Origin: Acidobacteriota bacterium
GTDB lineage: Bacteria > Acidobacteriota > Thermoanaerobaculia > UBA5066
NCBI GenBank assembly: GCA_037443065.1
Contig: JBBIPB010000003.1
Coordinates: 1 to 48,735, forward strand
DNA length: 48,735 nt
Direction: 5' to 3'
Numbering within the stretch: the stretch's first letter is position 1; every line of letters begins with the position of its first letter. A program made the translations under genes and the position numbers. The notes beneath the pieces were generated by a model. That model worked only from the letters and a program-made list of their open reading frames with translations. It did not search any database and had not been told where the DNA came from. Positions 1-7,307 of this stretch are shown here, piece after piece.

Positions 1-2
1 GG

Positions 3-269
3 ATGATCGTGAATCTGACCGACCTCGACCGGATCCTGAAGGAAGAGGTCGACCGGCCGCTGGACCACCGGCACCTGAACGCGGAGATCCCGGAATTCGC
101 GCGGACGGTTCCCACGGCCGAAAACCTCGCGCGCTGGATCTGGGACCGCGTCGCGGCCCGAATCGTCGCGGAGGGATGGCCCTGCCGCCTCGTCTCCCTG
201 GCGCTCCGCGTGACCCCGACCTTCGCGGTCGAACTCACCGACCCGGAACTCGCGAAGAGCTCCGGCTGA
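3..269 (+). CDS. queD: 6-carboxytetrahydropterin synthase QueD (PTPS family), 5' end outside the window
   Basis: The translation contains the PTPS/QueD-type LDHRHLN motif and the family's C-terminal beta strand. The ORF is open to the window edge. Confidence 0.75.
   Translation: MIVNLTDLDRILKEEVDRPLDHRHLNAEIPEFARTVPTAENLARWIWDRVAARIVAEGWPCRLVSLALRVTPTFAVELTDPELAKSSG
202..232 (+). repeat. Left copy of a 31-bp direct repeat (23 bp perfect: gtgaccccgaccttcgcggtcga) inside the queD 3' end
   Basis: Hand alignment of 202-232 with 833-863 gives 29/31 identical bases. Positions 210-232 and 841-863 are identical. Confidence 0.9.
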
Positions 270-294
270 CGCCGCCGCCGAGACCTCGTAGAAT
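266..294 (+). promoter_or_regulatory. Candidate sigma-70 promoter for the toxin-antitoxin cassette (CTGACG-17 nt-TAGAAT)
   Basis: A -35-like ctgacg lies at 266-271 and a -10-like tagaat at 289-294. A ggag RBS and the antitoxin ATG at 303 follow. Confidence 0.35.
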
Positions 295-302
295 CGGAGC
301 GT

Positions 303-566
303 ATGAGCCGAGCCGCCGCGAAGTCAGATCAGAAAAAGACAGCCGGGACAGGCTCCACCGGGCGCGCCCCGAGCGACCGCGTCGTCGACAGGGACCACCT
401 CGTCCTGCGCCGGGGCGGGAAAGCGGTGGGCGTCGTGATCTCGATGGACGAACTGCGCTACTTCCAGGAGCTGGAGGACCAGCTCGACGTCCGACAGGCC
501 GATACGGCGCTGGCGGACCCCAAGCGCACACCCTACGAGGAAGTGCGCCGCAAGCTCGGCCTGTAG
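303..566 (+). CDS. Type II antitoxin, Phd/YefM-like
   Basis: This 87-aa protein sits directly upstream of a RelE/ParE toxin, and its stop overlaps the toxin start by 1 nt. The core (VVISMDELRYFQELEDQLD) looks like the Phd/YefM family. The family call is by resemblance only. Confidence 0.65.
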   Translation: MSRAAAKSDQKKTAGTGSTGRAPSDRVVDRDHLVLRRGGKAVGVVISMDELRYFQELEDQLDVRQADTALADPKRTPYEEVRRKLGL

Positions 567-832
567 TGGCCTACACCGTCAAGACCACAAACTCGGCCGA
601 CAAGGATCTGGCCGCTCTCCCTCGCGACGTCCTCCTTCGCGTCGACGCGGCCCTCCTCGCCCTCGCCGACGGGCCGCGACCCCACGGAGTCGTCAAGCTC
701 AAGGGGACGAAGGGCGACCGCTGGAGAGTGCGCGTGGGCGACTACCGGGTCCTCTATGCAATCGACGACCGGCGAAAGCTCGTGGAGATCGCCCGCATCC
801 TGCACCGGCGCGAGGCGTACCGCGACCTCTGA
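566..832 (+). CDS. Type II toxin, RelE/ParE family
   Basis: The GTG at 566 is in frame with the C-terminal part of track ORF 176..832. The sequence AYTVKTT..A.KDL..LP....WRVRVGDYRVLYAIDD..K.V.I..I.HRREAY is the classic RelE/ParE signature. Confidence 0.8.
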   Translation: MAYTVKTTNSADKDLAALPRDVLLRVDAALLALADGPRPHGVVKLKGTKGDRWRVRVGDYRVLYAIDDRRKLVEIARILHRREAYRDL

Positions 833-863
833 CGCTTCGGGTGACCCCGACCTTCGCGGTCGA
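833..863 (+). repeat. Right copy of the 31-bp direct repeat flanking the toxin-antitoxin cassette
   Basis: See 202-232. This copy starts 1 nt after the toxin stop codon. Confidence 0.9.
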
Positions 864-897
864 GATCGAAGCTCGTCCGACGGCAGCGGAGGCCTGA
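841..897 (+). other. Displaced alternative 3' end of queD (VTPTFAVEIEARPTAAEA-stop)
   Basis: Reading from the repeat copy at 841 gives an open 18-codon tail ending at TGA 895-897. A deletion between the two repeats would join it in frame to queD. Confidence 0.55.
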
Positions 898-901
898 CCG
901 C

Positions 902-1723
902 TCAGATCGGGTGCGTCCGCCGCTCGCGGCGGCGGAAGGAGAGGTGCTCGGTCGCACCGGCATGAAGGGCCGCCGAGACTATCCGTTTCCGCCCCCACGC
1001 GACCTCGGCGGGGGCATGGGCGTCCGACGAGAAGACGATCGGGACGCCGGCGGCGACGAGCCGGCCGAGGAGGTCCGGAGCGGGATACTCCTCGTCGACG
1101 GTCTTCCGGAGGCCGGCGCTCGAGACCTCGACCACGACGCGCGCGTCCCGCGCCGCCGCGACCGCGTGCTCCTCCGCCGCCCGGAGCGAGTCCGGCATCC
1201 GGTTTCCGAACTTCTTCGGAAGGTCGAAATGAGTCATGACGTCGAAGAGTCCCGTCGCGCACGCCCGGGCGACGAGCCGCCAGTACTCCCACCAGAGGAA
1301 GACCGTTCCCTCGTCCCGGTGGCGCGCGGCCGCGCCCGGCGCATCGATCCAGCCCCCCGCCACCCAGTGCACCGAGCCGAGGACGACGTCCCATTCGTAG
1401 GCGTCGAGAATCTCCCGAAGCACGGCCTCGTGCCCTTCCGCGTAGTCGGCCTCGATTCCGAGGAGGACATCGATCCGGCCGCGGTATTCCTCGCGGAGCG
1501 CCTGGACTTCCTCGATGTATCCGGGGAGCTCGGCGCGCGTCATCGCGAGGTTCGGATCGGGGTCGTCGCCCGGCAGGAAATAGAGGGGGAGGTGGTCCGT
1601 GAAGGCGATCTCGGCGAGGCCGCGGGCGAGAGCCGACTCGACGAACTCGCGCATCGTCCCCCCCGCGTGGCCGCACCGGGCCGTGTGGACGTGGTAGTCG
1701 GTCGCGTACTCAGCCGGACGCAT
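902..1723 (-). CDS. Histidinol-phosphatase, PHP family
   Basis: The internal ATG at 1723 of track ORF 902..2176 gives MRPAEYATDYHVHT..CGHA. HVH, FTDH, GSVH and SSDAH are PHP-domain metal-binding motifs. Confidence 0.75.
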   Translation of the reverse strand: MRPAEYATDYHVHTARCGHAGGTMREFVESALARGLAEIAFTDHLPLYFLPGDDPDPNLAMTRAELPGYIEEVQALREEYRGRIDVLLGIEADYAEGHEAVLREILDAYEWDVVLGSVHWVAGGWIDAPGAAARHRDEGTVFLWWEYWRLVARACATGLFDVMTHFDLPKKFGNRMPDSLRAAEEHAVAAARDARVVVEVSSAGLRKTVDEEYPAPDLLGRLVAAGVPIVFSSDAHAPAEVAWGRKRIVSAALHAGATEHLSFRRRERRTHPI

Positions 1724-1765
1724 GGCCACCGAGTGTAAGCTGGTGCACGAGAGAGGGTGTCGACG

Positions 1766-2359
1766 ATGCCGATCCGGATCAACCGCGTCTACACCCGGGG
1801 AGGGGATGGAGGGGAGACGAGCCTCGTGGGGGGGCAGCGGATCGCGAAGGACTCGATCCGTATCGAGAGCTACGGAACGGTGGACGAGCTGAACGCCGTC
1901 CTCGGTCTCGTCCGCGTCGCGAACCGGGTCACGCCTGGAGGGACCGGCGCCGACGTCGCCCGGCTCGACGCCCTGATCGAAAGGACACAGAACGACCTGT
2001 TCGACCTCGGCTCCGACCTCGCGACGCTCCCCGGCGACCGCCATCCGAAGCAGCCGGTCGTCGAGGCGCGGCATGTCGCCGCGCTCGAGGCGGCGATCGA
2101 CGACTTCAATGAAGATCTCCCGGAGCTGACGTCCTTCGTCCTGCCGGGGGGAGGGTTCGTCGGCGCCTTCCTGCACCAGGCCCGGACCGTCTGCCGGCGC
2201 GCGGAGCGCCTCGTCACGACGCTCTCCCGGGAGGGAGCCATCGGCGAGCAGTGTCTCCCGTACCTGAACCGCCTCTCGGACCTCCTCTTCGTCCTTTCGC
2301 GATGGGCGGCGAAGATGCGCGGCGAGGCGGAGACCCTCTGGGACCCCCGTCGCCCGTGA
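1766..2359 (+). CDS. ATP:cob(I)alamin adenosyltransferase, PduO type
   Basis: The N-terminal YTRGGDGGETSL motif and the SYGTVDELN helix-bundle pattern match this family. The ATG at 1766 is preceded by gagaggg. An alternative GTG start lies at 1757. Confidence 0.8.
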   Translation: MPIRINRVYTRGGDGGETSLVGGQRIAKDSIRIESYGTVDELNAVLGLVRVANRVTPGGTGADVARLDALIERTQNDLFDLGSDLATLPGDRHPKQPVVEARHVAALEAAIDDFNEDLPELTSFVLPGGGFVGAFLHQARTVCRRAERLVTTLSREGAIGEQCLPYLNRLSDLLFVLSRWAAKMRGEAETLWDPRRP

Positions 2360-3900
2360 GGGCTCGGGCGGGAGCGGCGCTCGTCCTCTTCTGTCTCGCC
2401 CGGTCGGCCGCCGGCGAACCGGTGAGGATCACCGAGATCGAGATCCGGACGGACAACGTCTTCAGTCCCGCCGAGGCTTCGGCCTCCTTCTTCCCCTACG
2501 GGCTCGCGAACGCCCTGCACGTCGTCAGCCGCAAGAGACTCATCGAGAAGTTCCTCCTCTTCAGGGTCGGGGATCCCGTCGACCGGGACAAGCTCGCGGA
2601 AACGGAGCGGAACCTTCGAGCCACCGGCCTCTTCCGCTTCGTCGTCATCCGTGCCAACGGGACGAAAGTCGTCGTCGAGACCGGCGACGCCTGGACGCTT
2701 CTTCTCCGCGGCGGACTCTCGAGCAAGGGAGGCGTCACGACCTATCAGGTCGGCCTCGAAGAGGCGAATCTGCTCGGGGCGGGGCGCCAGCTGAAGTTCC
2801 TCTACGACAAGGACACGCAGAGGATCTCGCGCTCCTTCACTTTCGCCGACCCCGCCTTTCTGAAGCCCTACACGCTCCTCCGGCTCGTCACCTCGAACCT
2901 CTCCGACGGGACGTTCTACGAGGGGCGCCTTCAGCGTCCCTTCTACGCGCTCGATACTCGCTGGGCGGCGGGCGTTCTCTGGCAGGAATCCCGCTTCGAT
3001 CAGAAGATCTACGCCGGGGGCGAAGAGGTGTCGGATTGGTCGAACCGACAGAGGTTTCTTCGGGGAGACGGAGGAATCCGGATCGGGATCTCGGAGTCCG
3101 CCGCGACGCGGCTCCTCGGCAGTCTCGAGTGGAATGAAACGGCGGTGGAGGAAGGTCCTTTCGGCCCGCCCCCACCCGGCGACGGGCCGGCGCGCCGGTT
3201 CTTCTTCGTCGGAGCGGGGCTCGAGCGGGAGGCGAACCGCTGGATCGAGCGGGTCGACGTCGAGAAGATCGGCCGTGTCGAGGACTTCAATCTCGCCCCG
3301 GTCGGGCGGATCGAGCTCGCCGTCTCGCCGGAGGTCTTCGGAGCCACGGGAGGTGCGCGCGTGGTCGCGCGCGGCAGCGTGGGGACCCTCCTGCCGCACG
3401 GCTTCTCGGTCGCCTCCGTGACCGGCGAGACCCGCTACGAGGATGGCCCCCGCCAGGCTCTCGTCAGCGCCGACCTGCGCGCCGTCCTTCAACACCCCTC
3501 CACCACGTTCATCGCCCGTGCGGCGGTCGTCTCCGGCTGGCGCCTCGATCCGGACTACCAGATCTATCTCGACGGGGAGAACGGCGTCCGGGCCTACCGC
3601 CTTCATGCCGTCTCCGGGACCGGGCACCTGGTCGGGAACCTGGAACTCCGGACCGTCTTCTTCCGCGACGTCCTTCACATCGTCTCGTTCGGGGCGGCAG
3701 GCTTCCTCGAGGCCGGGCTGTCGTGGGGGCCGCCCGACGGCTACCGGCGGCTTGCGGACGCGGGAGTCGGCTTGCGGTTCGGCCTGACGCGCGCCGCCCA
3801 GATGTCCCTTCTTCGTCTCGACGTCACCCGCGCGTTCTACCCGGACCCGCTCGGGCGGACGGGGTGGCTCGTCTCCTTCGCATCGAGCCAGGCGTTCTGA
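2356..3900 (+). CDS. BamA/TamA-family outer-membrane protein (POTRA plus surface-antigen barrel)
   Basis: The GTG at 2356 overlaps the upstream stop (GTGA). It is followed by a signal-like LVLFCLARSAAG, a POTRA-like segment (FRVGDPVDRDKLAETERNLRATGLF) and a barrel ending in ..SSQAF. Confidence 0.65.
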   Translation: MRARAGAALVLFCLARSAAGEPVRITEIEIRTDNVFSPAEASASFFPYGLANALHVVSRKRLIEKFLLFRVGDPVDRDKLAETERNLRATGLFRFVVIRANGTKVVVETGDAWTLLLRGGLSSKGGVTTYQVGLEEANLLGAGRQLKFLYDKDTQRISRSFTFADPAFLKPYTLLRLVTSNLSDGTFYEGRLQRPFYALDTRWAAGVLWQESRFDQKIYAGGEEVSDWSNRQRFLRGDGGIRIGISESAATRLLGSLEWNETAVEEGPFGPPPPGDGPARRFFFVGAGLEREANRWIERVDVEKIGRVEDFNLAPVGRIELAVSPEVFGATGGARVVARGSVGTLLPHGFSVASVTGETRYEDGPRQALVSADLRAVLQHPSTTFIARAAVVSGWRLDPDYQIYLDGENGVRAYRLHAVSGTGHLVGNLELRTVFFRDVLHIVSFGAAGFLEAGLSWGPPDGYRRLADAGVGLRFGLTRAAQMSLLRLDVTRAFYPDPLGRTGWLVSFASSQAF

Positions 3901-3924
3901 CGCCGGGCTGGAAGCGCGTAATAT
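3897..3924 (+). promoter_or_regulatory. Candidate sigma-70 promoter of the desaturase gene (CTGACG-16 nt-TAATAT). It implies a leaderless mRNA.
   Basis: The -10-like taatat at 3919-3924 ends 8 nt before the ATG at 3933. No Shine-Dalgarno sequence lies between them. Confidence 0.3.
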
Positions 3925-3932
3925 CCGTGTTT

Positions 3933-5081
3933 ATGCAGGAACGCGCGCGCGATTGGACGAACATCCTCTTCCTCACGCTCTCGCCGCTCGTCGGGATCGG
4001 CGGCACACTCGTCTATTCGGCGCGCGTCGGCGTGGCCTGGTGGGAGCCGGTCCTCTGTCTCCTGTTCATCGTCACGATCGGCCTCTCGATCGGGGCGGGC
4101 TACCACCGGTACTTCGCTCACCGGACCTACGAGTGTCACCCGGCGGTGGAGGCGGTTCTTCTCTTCTTCGGGGCGATGGCGCTCCAGAACTCGGCCCTCC
4201 GGTGGTCCCGCGACCATCGGGACCACCATCGATTCGTCGACACGGACCGGGATCCTTACAGCATCAAGCGCGGAGCCCTCTGGGCCCACATCCTCTGGAC
4301 CTTCTACAAGGAGCCGTCCGGTCGCGGCTTCGAGAACGTTCCGGACCTCCTCCAGAACCCGCGCGTGATGTGGCAGCACCGGTGGTACCCGGTTCTCGGG
4401 GTGAGTATCGGCCTCGGCGTTCCGACGCTCGTCGGCTCCCTGTTCGGGAGCCCGCTCGGCGGCCTTCTCTGGGGCGGCTTCCTCCGGATCGTCCTCGTCC
4501 ACCACACGACGTTCTTCGTCAACTCGGTCGCGCACCTCTGGGGCGCGCGCCCCTATTCCACGGAGAACTCGGCGCGAGACAACTGGCTTCTCGCGTTTTT
4601 CACGCACGGAGAGGGGTACCACAACTTCCACCACAGGTTTCCTTCCGACTACCGCAACGGAATCCGCTGGTATCAGTGGGACCCGAACAAGTGGTGCATC
4701 CAGGGGCTCCGCTTCTCCGGGCTCGCGCGAGGCCTCCGGGTCACGCCGCCGCCCGTCATCGAGAAGGCAAGGCTGGCGGTCCTCGCCGCCTCGGCTGGCG
4801 ATAGATTGGCAAAGGCTCCGGAAGAGGTCGCCGGAGAGTGGGGTGCGCGCCTCAGCCGGGCTCAGGCCCGTGTGGAGGAGGCCCTGCAGCTCTGGAAGGA
4901 CGCCTACGTACGCCAGCGGGAGCTGCAAGGGGAGAGAGCCCGCGGTCTTCAGCCCCCCTCGGACGTGAGAAGCGCCGTTCGGCGGAAGGTGAGGGAGTAC
5001 GAGAGGCGGTTCCGGGAGAGCCGGCTCGAATGGCTGACGCTTCTGCGAAGCCTCGGAGACGCTCCGGGCATCGCTTCCTGA
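3933..5081 (+). CDS. Acyl-CoA (delta-9 type) fatty acid desaturase with a C-terminal coiled-coil extension
   Basis: Three histidine boxes are present (HRYFAH, HRDHH, HNFHH), along with membrane helices. The start is the internal ATG of track ORF 3723..5081. Confidence 0.8.
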   Translation: MQERARDWTNILFLTLSPLVGIGGTLVYSARVGVAWWEPVLCLLFIVTIGLSIGAGYHRYFAHRTYECHPAVEAVLLFFGAMALQNSALRWSRDHRDHHRFVDTDRDPYSIKRGALWAHILWTFYKEPSGRGFENVPDLLQNPRVMWQHRWYPVLGVSIGLGVPTLVGSLFGSPLGGLLWGGFLRIVLVHHTTFFVNSVAHLWGARPYSTENSARDNWLLAFFTHGEGYHNFHHRFPSDYRNGIRWYQWDPNKWCIQGLRFSGLARGLRVTPPPVIEKARLAVLAASAGDRLAKAPEEVAGEWGARLSRAQARVEEALQLWKDAYVRQRELQGERARGLQPPSDVRSAVRRKVREYERRFRESRLEWLTLLRSLGDAPGIAS

Positions 5082-5099
5082 CCGGACGACGGCTTACGA

Positions 5100-6062
5100 T
5101 CAGTGGATTCCCCGGCCGGAGAGCCAGCGTTCGGCGTCGATGGCCGCCTTGCACCCTTCTCCCGCGGCGGAGATTGCCTGCCGGTAGCTCGGATCGGCCA
5201 CGTCGCCCGCCGCGAAGACCCCTTCGACCGAGGTCTGCGTCGACGGGTGCCGGATCAGGAGGTAGCCCGTTTCGTTCATTTCGAGCTGGCCCCGGAAGAT
5301 CCCGGTGTTCGGCTGGTGCCCGATCGCGGCGAAGTAGCCCGAGACGGGAAGTGTTCGCCGCTCGCCCGTCTTCACGTTGCGGAGGGCGACGCCCGTCACG
5401 CCGCTCGCGGCACGCCCCGCCCCCGGTTCGCCGAGGATGTCCTCGACGACGGAGTTCCAGTGGAACTCGATCTTCGGGTTCGCGAGGAGACGCTGCTGCA
5501 TGATCTTCGAGGCGCGCAGCTCCTCGCGGCGGTGGACGACGTGGACTTTCGTGCAGAACTTCGTCAGAAACGAGGCCTCCTCGGCGGCGGTGTCGCCTCC
5601 GCCCACGACGACGACATCTTTCCCCTTGAAGAAGAAGCCGTCGCATGTTGCGCAGGCCGAGACGCCGTAGCCGAGGAGCCTTTTCTCCGCCGGCAGCCCG
5701 AGGTACCTGGCCGAGGCGCCCGAAGCGATGATCAGCGAATCCGCGGTCAGGCGGCCGGCCCCTTCGAAGGTGAGGGTGAAGGGGTGGACCCCGAGGTCGG
5801 CGCCCGTGACCGTATCGATCACGATCTCCGATCCGAAGCGCTCGGCCTGCCTGCGCGTGACGTCCATGAGGGCCGGTCCCTGGATCCCGTGCTCGAACCC
5901 GGGGAAGTTCTCGACGTCGGTCGTCGTCGTGAGCTGGCCGCCGGGCTGGGCCCCCTCGACGACGAGGGGGGCCAGAGCGGCGCGGGCGGCGTAGATGGCG
6001 GCCGTCAGGCCCGCCGGTCCGGATCCGATGATGACGACCCGGTAGTGGGTTTTCGCGGTCAT
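5100..6062 (-). CDS. trxB: Thioredoxin-disulfide reductase
   Basis: The protein has the FAD motif IIGSGPAG, the redox-active CATCDG and the NADPH motif VVGGGDTA. Confidence 0.9.
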   Translation of the reverse strand: MTAKTHYRVVIIGSGPAGLTAAIYAARAALAPLVVEGAQPGGQLTTTTDVENFPGFEHGIQGPALMDVTRRQAERFGSEIVIDTVTGADLGVHPFTLTFEGAGRLTADSLIIASGASARYLGLPAEKRLLGYGVSACATCDGFFFKGKDVVVVGGGDTAAEEASFLTKFCTKVHVVHRREELRASKIMQQRLLANPKIEFHWNSVVEDILGEPGAGRAASGVTGVALRNVKTGERRTLPVSGYFAAIGHQPNTGIFRGQLEMNETGYLLIRHPSTQTSVEGVFAAGDVADPSYRQAISAAGEGCKAAIDAERWLSGRGIH

Positions 6063-6072
6063 GGCGCGGACT

Positions 6073-6660
6073 CTACTTCGTCTTCGCGAAGAACTCCTTC
6101 GAGCCCTTCCAGTCCGCCTTCATCGTTCTGGTTCCGGGCTTCCAGTCGGCGGGGCAGACCTCGCCATGCTCGCGGACGAACTGGAACGCCTGAAGGACGC
6201 GTAGCGTTTCATCGACCGAGCGTCCAACGCCGAGGTTGTTCACCGTGGCGTGCTGGACGACGCCTTCGGGGTCGATCAGAAAAAGGCCGCGGAGGGCGAC
6301 CTTCCCGTCGGCCGAGAGGACGCCGTATTCGCGGGCCAGGTCCTTTCCGAGATCTTCGAGGAGTGGGTAGGCGAGTCCCTTGATCCCTCCCTCCTCGCGG
6401 GGCTTCTCGGTCCATGCCAGGTGGCTGAACTTCGAGTCGACCGAGGCGCCCAGCACTTCAGCGCAGAGCTTCCGGAACTCTCCCAGCCGGTCGGAGAAGG
6501 CGAGGATCTCCGTCGGGCAGACGAAGGTGAAGTCGAGCGGATAGAAGAAGAGCACGACCCACTTCCCGCGGTAGTCGGTCAGGCGGTAGATGGAAAAGTT
6601 GCCGTTCAGGACGCCGTCGAGGGCGAATTCGGGGGCCTCTTGGCCGACGATCTGGCTCAT
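6073..6660 (-). CDS. Typical 2-Cys peroxiredoxin (AhpC/Prx1 family)
   Basis: The peroxidatic motif is FTFVCPTE and the resolving Cys lies in EVCPADW. The gene lies 10 nt upstream of trxB on the same strand. Confidence 0.9.
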   Translation of the reverse strand: MSQIVGQEAPEFALDGVLNGNFSIYRLTDYRGKWVVLFFYPLDFTFVCPTEILAFSDRLGEFRKLCAEVLGASVDSKFSHLAWTEKPREEGGIKGLAYPLLEDLGKDLAREYGVLSADGKVALRGLFLIDPEGVVQHATVNNLGVGRSVDETLRVLQAFQFVREHGEVCPADWKPGTRTMKADWKGSKEFFAKTK

Positions 6661-6722
6661 TGGGTCGGACTCCTCGTGTTCGATTCCGGGTGCGAGGGAT
6701 AGAGTAGCCCCCGGTGTTCTCT

Positions 6723-6751
6723 AGTTTAGATCGAATCTAAAGAAAAGTCGA
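6723..6751 (-). promoter_or_regulatory. Candidate sigma-70 promoter of prx-trxB (TCGACT-17 nt-TAAACT on the minus strand)
   Basis: The hexamers were read by hand on the minus strand. The spacer and -10 element are occupied by the 17-bp palindrome. Confidence 0.3.
6725..6741. promoter_or_regulatory. Perfect 17-bp palindrome TTTAGATCGAATCTAAA (7-3-7), a candidate operator
   Basis: tttagat is the exact reverse complement of atctaaa. The palindrome lies in the divergent region between prx (minus strand) and the rubrerythrin operon (plus strand). A third half-site, gTCTAAAtt, lies at 6780-6788. Confidence 0.6.
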
Positions 6752-6758
6752 GTCCCTC

Positions 6759-6787
6759 TTGACTCTTTCTTATACTCAGTCTAAATT
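6759..6787 (+). promoter_or_regulatory. Candidate sigma-70 promoter of the rubrerythrin operon (TTGACT-17 nt-TAAATT)
   Basis: The hexamers were read by hand. The RBS aaggagga and the ATG at 6815 lie downstream. Confidence 0.35.
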
Positions 6788-6814
6788 AGGGACCGATTCG
6801 AAGGAGGATCCGAC

Positions 6815-7237
6815 ATGCGCGAACTCAAGGGTACGAAGACCCACGAGAACCTCAAGCACGCCTTTGCGGGAGAGAGCCAGGCCAACCGCCGGTACCTCTA
6901 CTTTGCCGACAAGGCCGACGTCGAGGGACACCCCGAGATCGCGGGGAACTTCCGCGACACGGCGGAGGGGGAGACCGGGCACGCCCACGGCCACATGGAC
7001 TATCTGAAGCCCGCCGGCGACCCGGCCACCGGATTGCCGTTCGGCTCCACGGAGCTGAACCTCAAGTCGGCGATCGAGGGCGAGACCTACGAGTACACGC
7101 AGATGTACCCGGGCTTCGCGAAGATCGCCCGCGAGGAGAGCTTCGCGGAGATCGCGGACTGGTTCGAGACGCTCGCGCGCGCCGAGAAGTCGCACGCGAA
7201 CCGCTTCTCGAAGCTCCTCACCACGCTGCACGCCTGA
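6815..7237 (+). CDS. Rubrerythrin-family diiron protein without a rubredoxin domain (erythrin-like)
   Basis: The ferritin-like four-helix pattern has E..H pairs (GETGHAHGH and AEKSHANRF). At 140 aa it has no C-terminal CxxC pairs. Confidence 0.8.
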   Translation: MRELKGTKTHENLKHAFAGESQANRRYLYFADKADVEGHPEIAGNFRDTAEGETGHAHGHMDYLKPAGDPATGLPFGSTELNLKSAIEGETYEYTQMYPGFAKIAREESFAEIADWFETLARAEKSHANRFSKLLTTLHA

Positions 7238-7244
7238 GGACTCG

Positions 7245-7279
7245 CCGGGGGGAGGGGAGCGCCGCGCCCCTTCCCCCGG
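7245..7279 (+). terminator. GC-rich hairpin after the rubrerythrin gene (possible attenuator or terminator, no U tract)
   Basis: ccggggg-a-gggg ... cccc-tt-cccccgg can pair. The hairpin lies 8 nt after the stop codon. Confidence 0.25.
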
Positions 7280-7307
7280 GTTCCCCGTTCCGAGAAAGGA
7301 CGTTGTC

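Noticed and set aside
202-897. Calling the toxin-antitoxin insertion a mobile element (IS, MITE or integron cassette)
   Set aside because: It has no transposase, integrase, terminal inverted repeats or attC-like structure. Only the direct repeats are visible, so it is reported as an insertion footprint and not annotated as a mobile_element.
1870-3678. 602-aa minus-strand ORF overlapping the adenosyltransferase and BamA-family genes. ORF 699..1676 (minus strand) and ORF 911..1738 (plus strand) are similar cases.
   Set aside because: The translations are Arg/Pro/Gly/Asp-rich and of low complexity with no motifs. They are shadow frames typical of high-GC DNA, lying opposite well-supported genes.
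6678-6687. GTTCGATTCC, resembling a tRNA T-loop, in the prx upstream region
   Set aside because: The flanking bases cannot form a T stem (tcgtg versus ccggg), and no acceptor, D or anticodon arms could be drawn. It is part of the prx 5' UTR, with a gaggag RBS on the minus strand.
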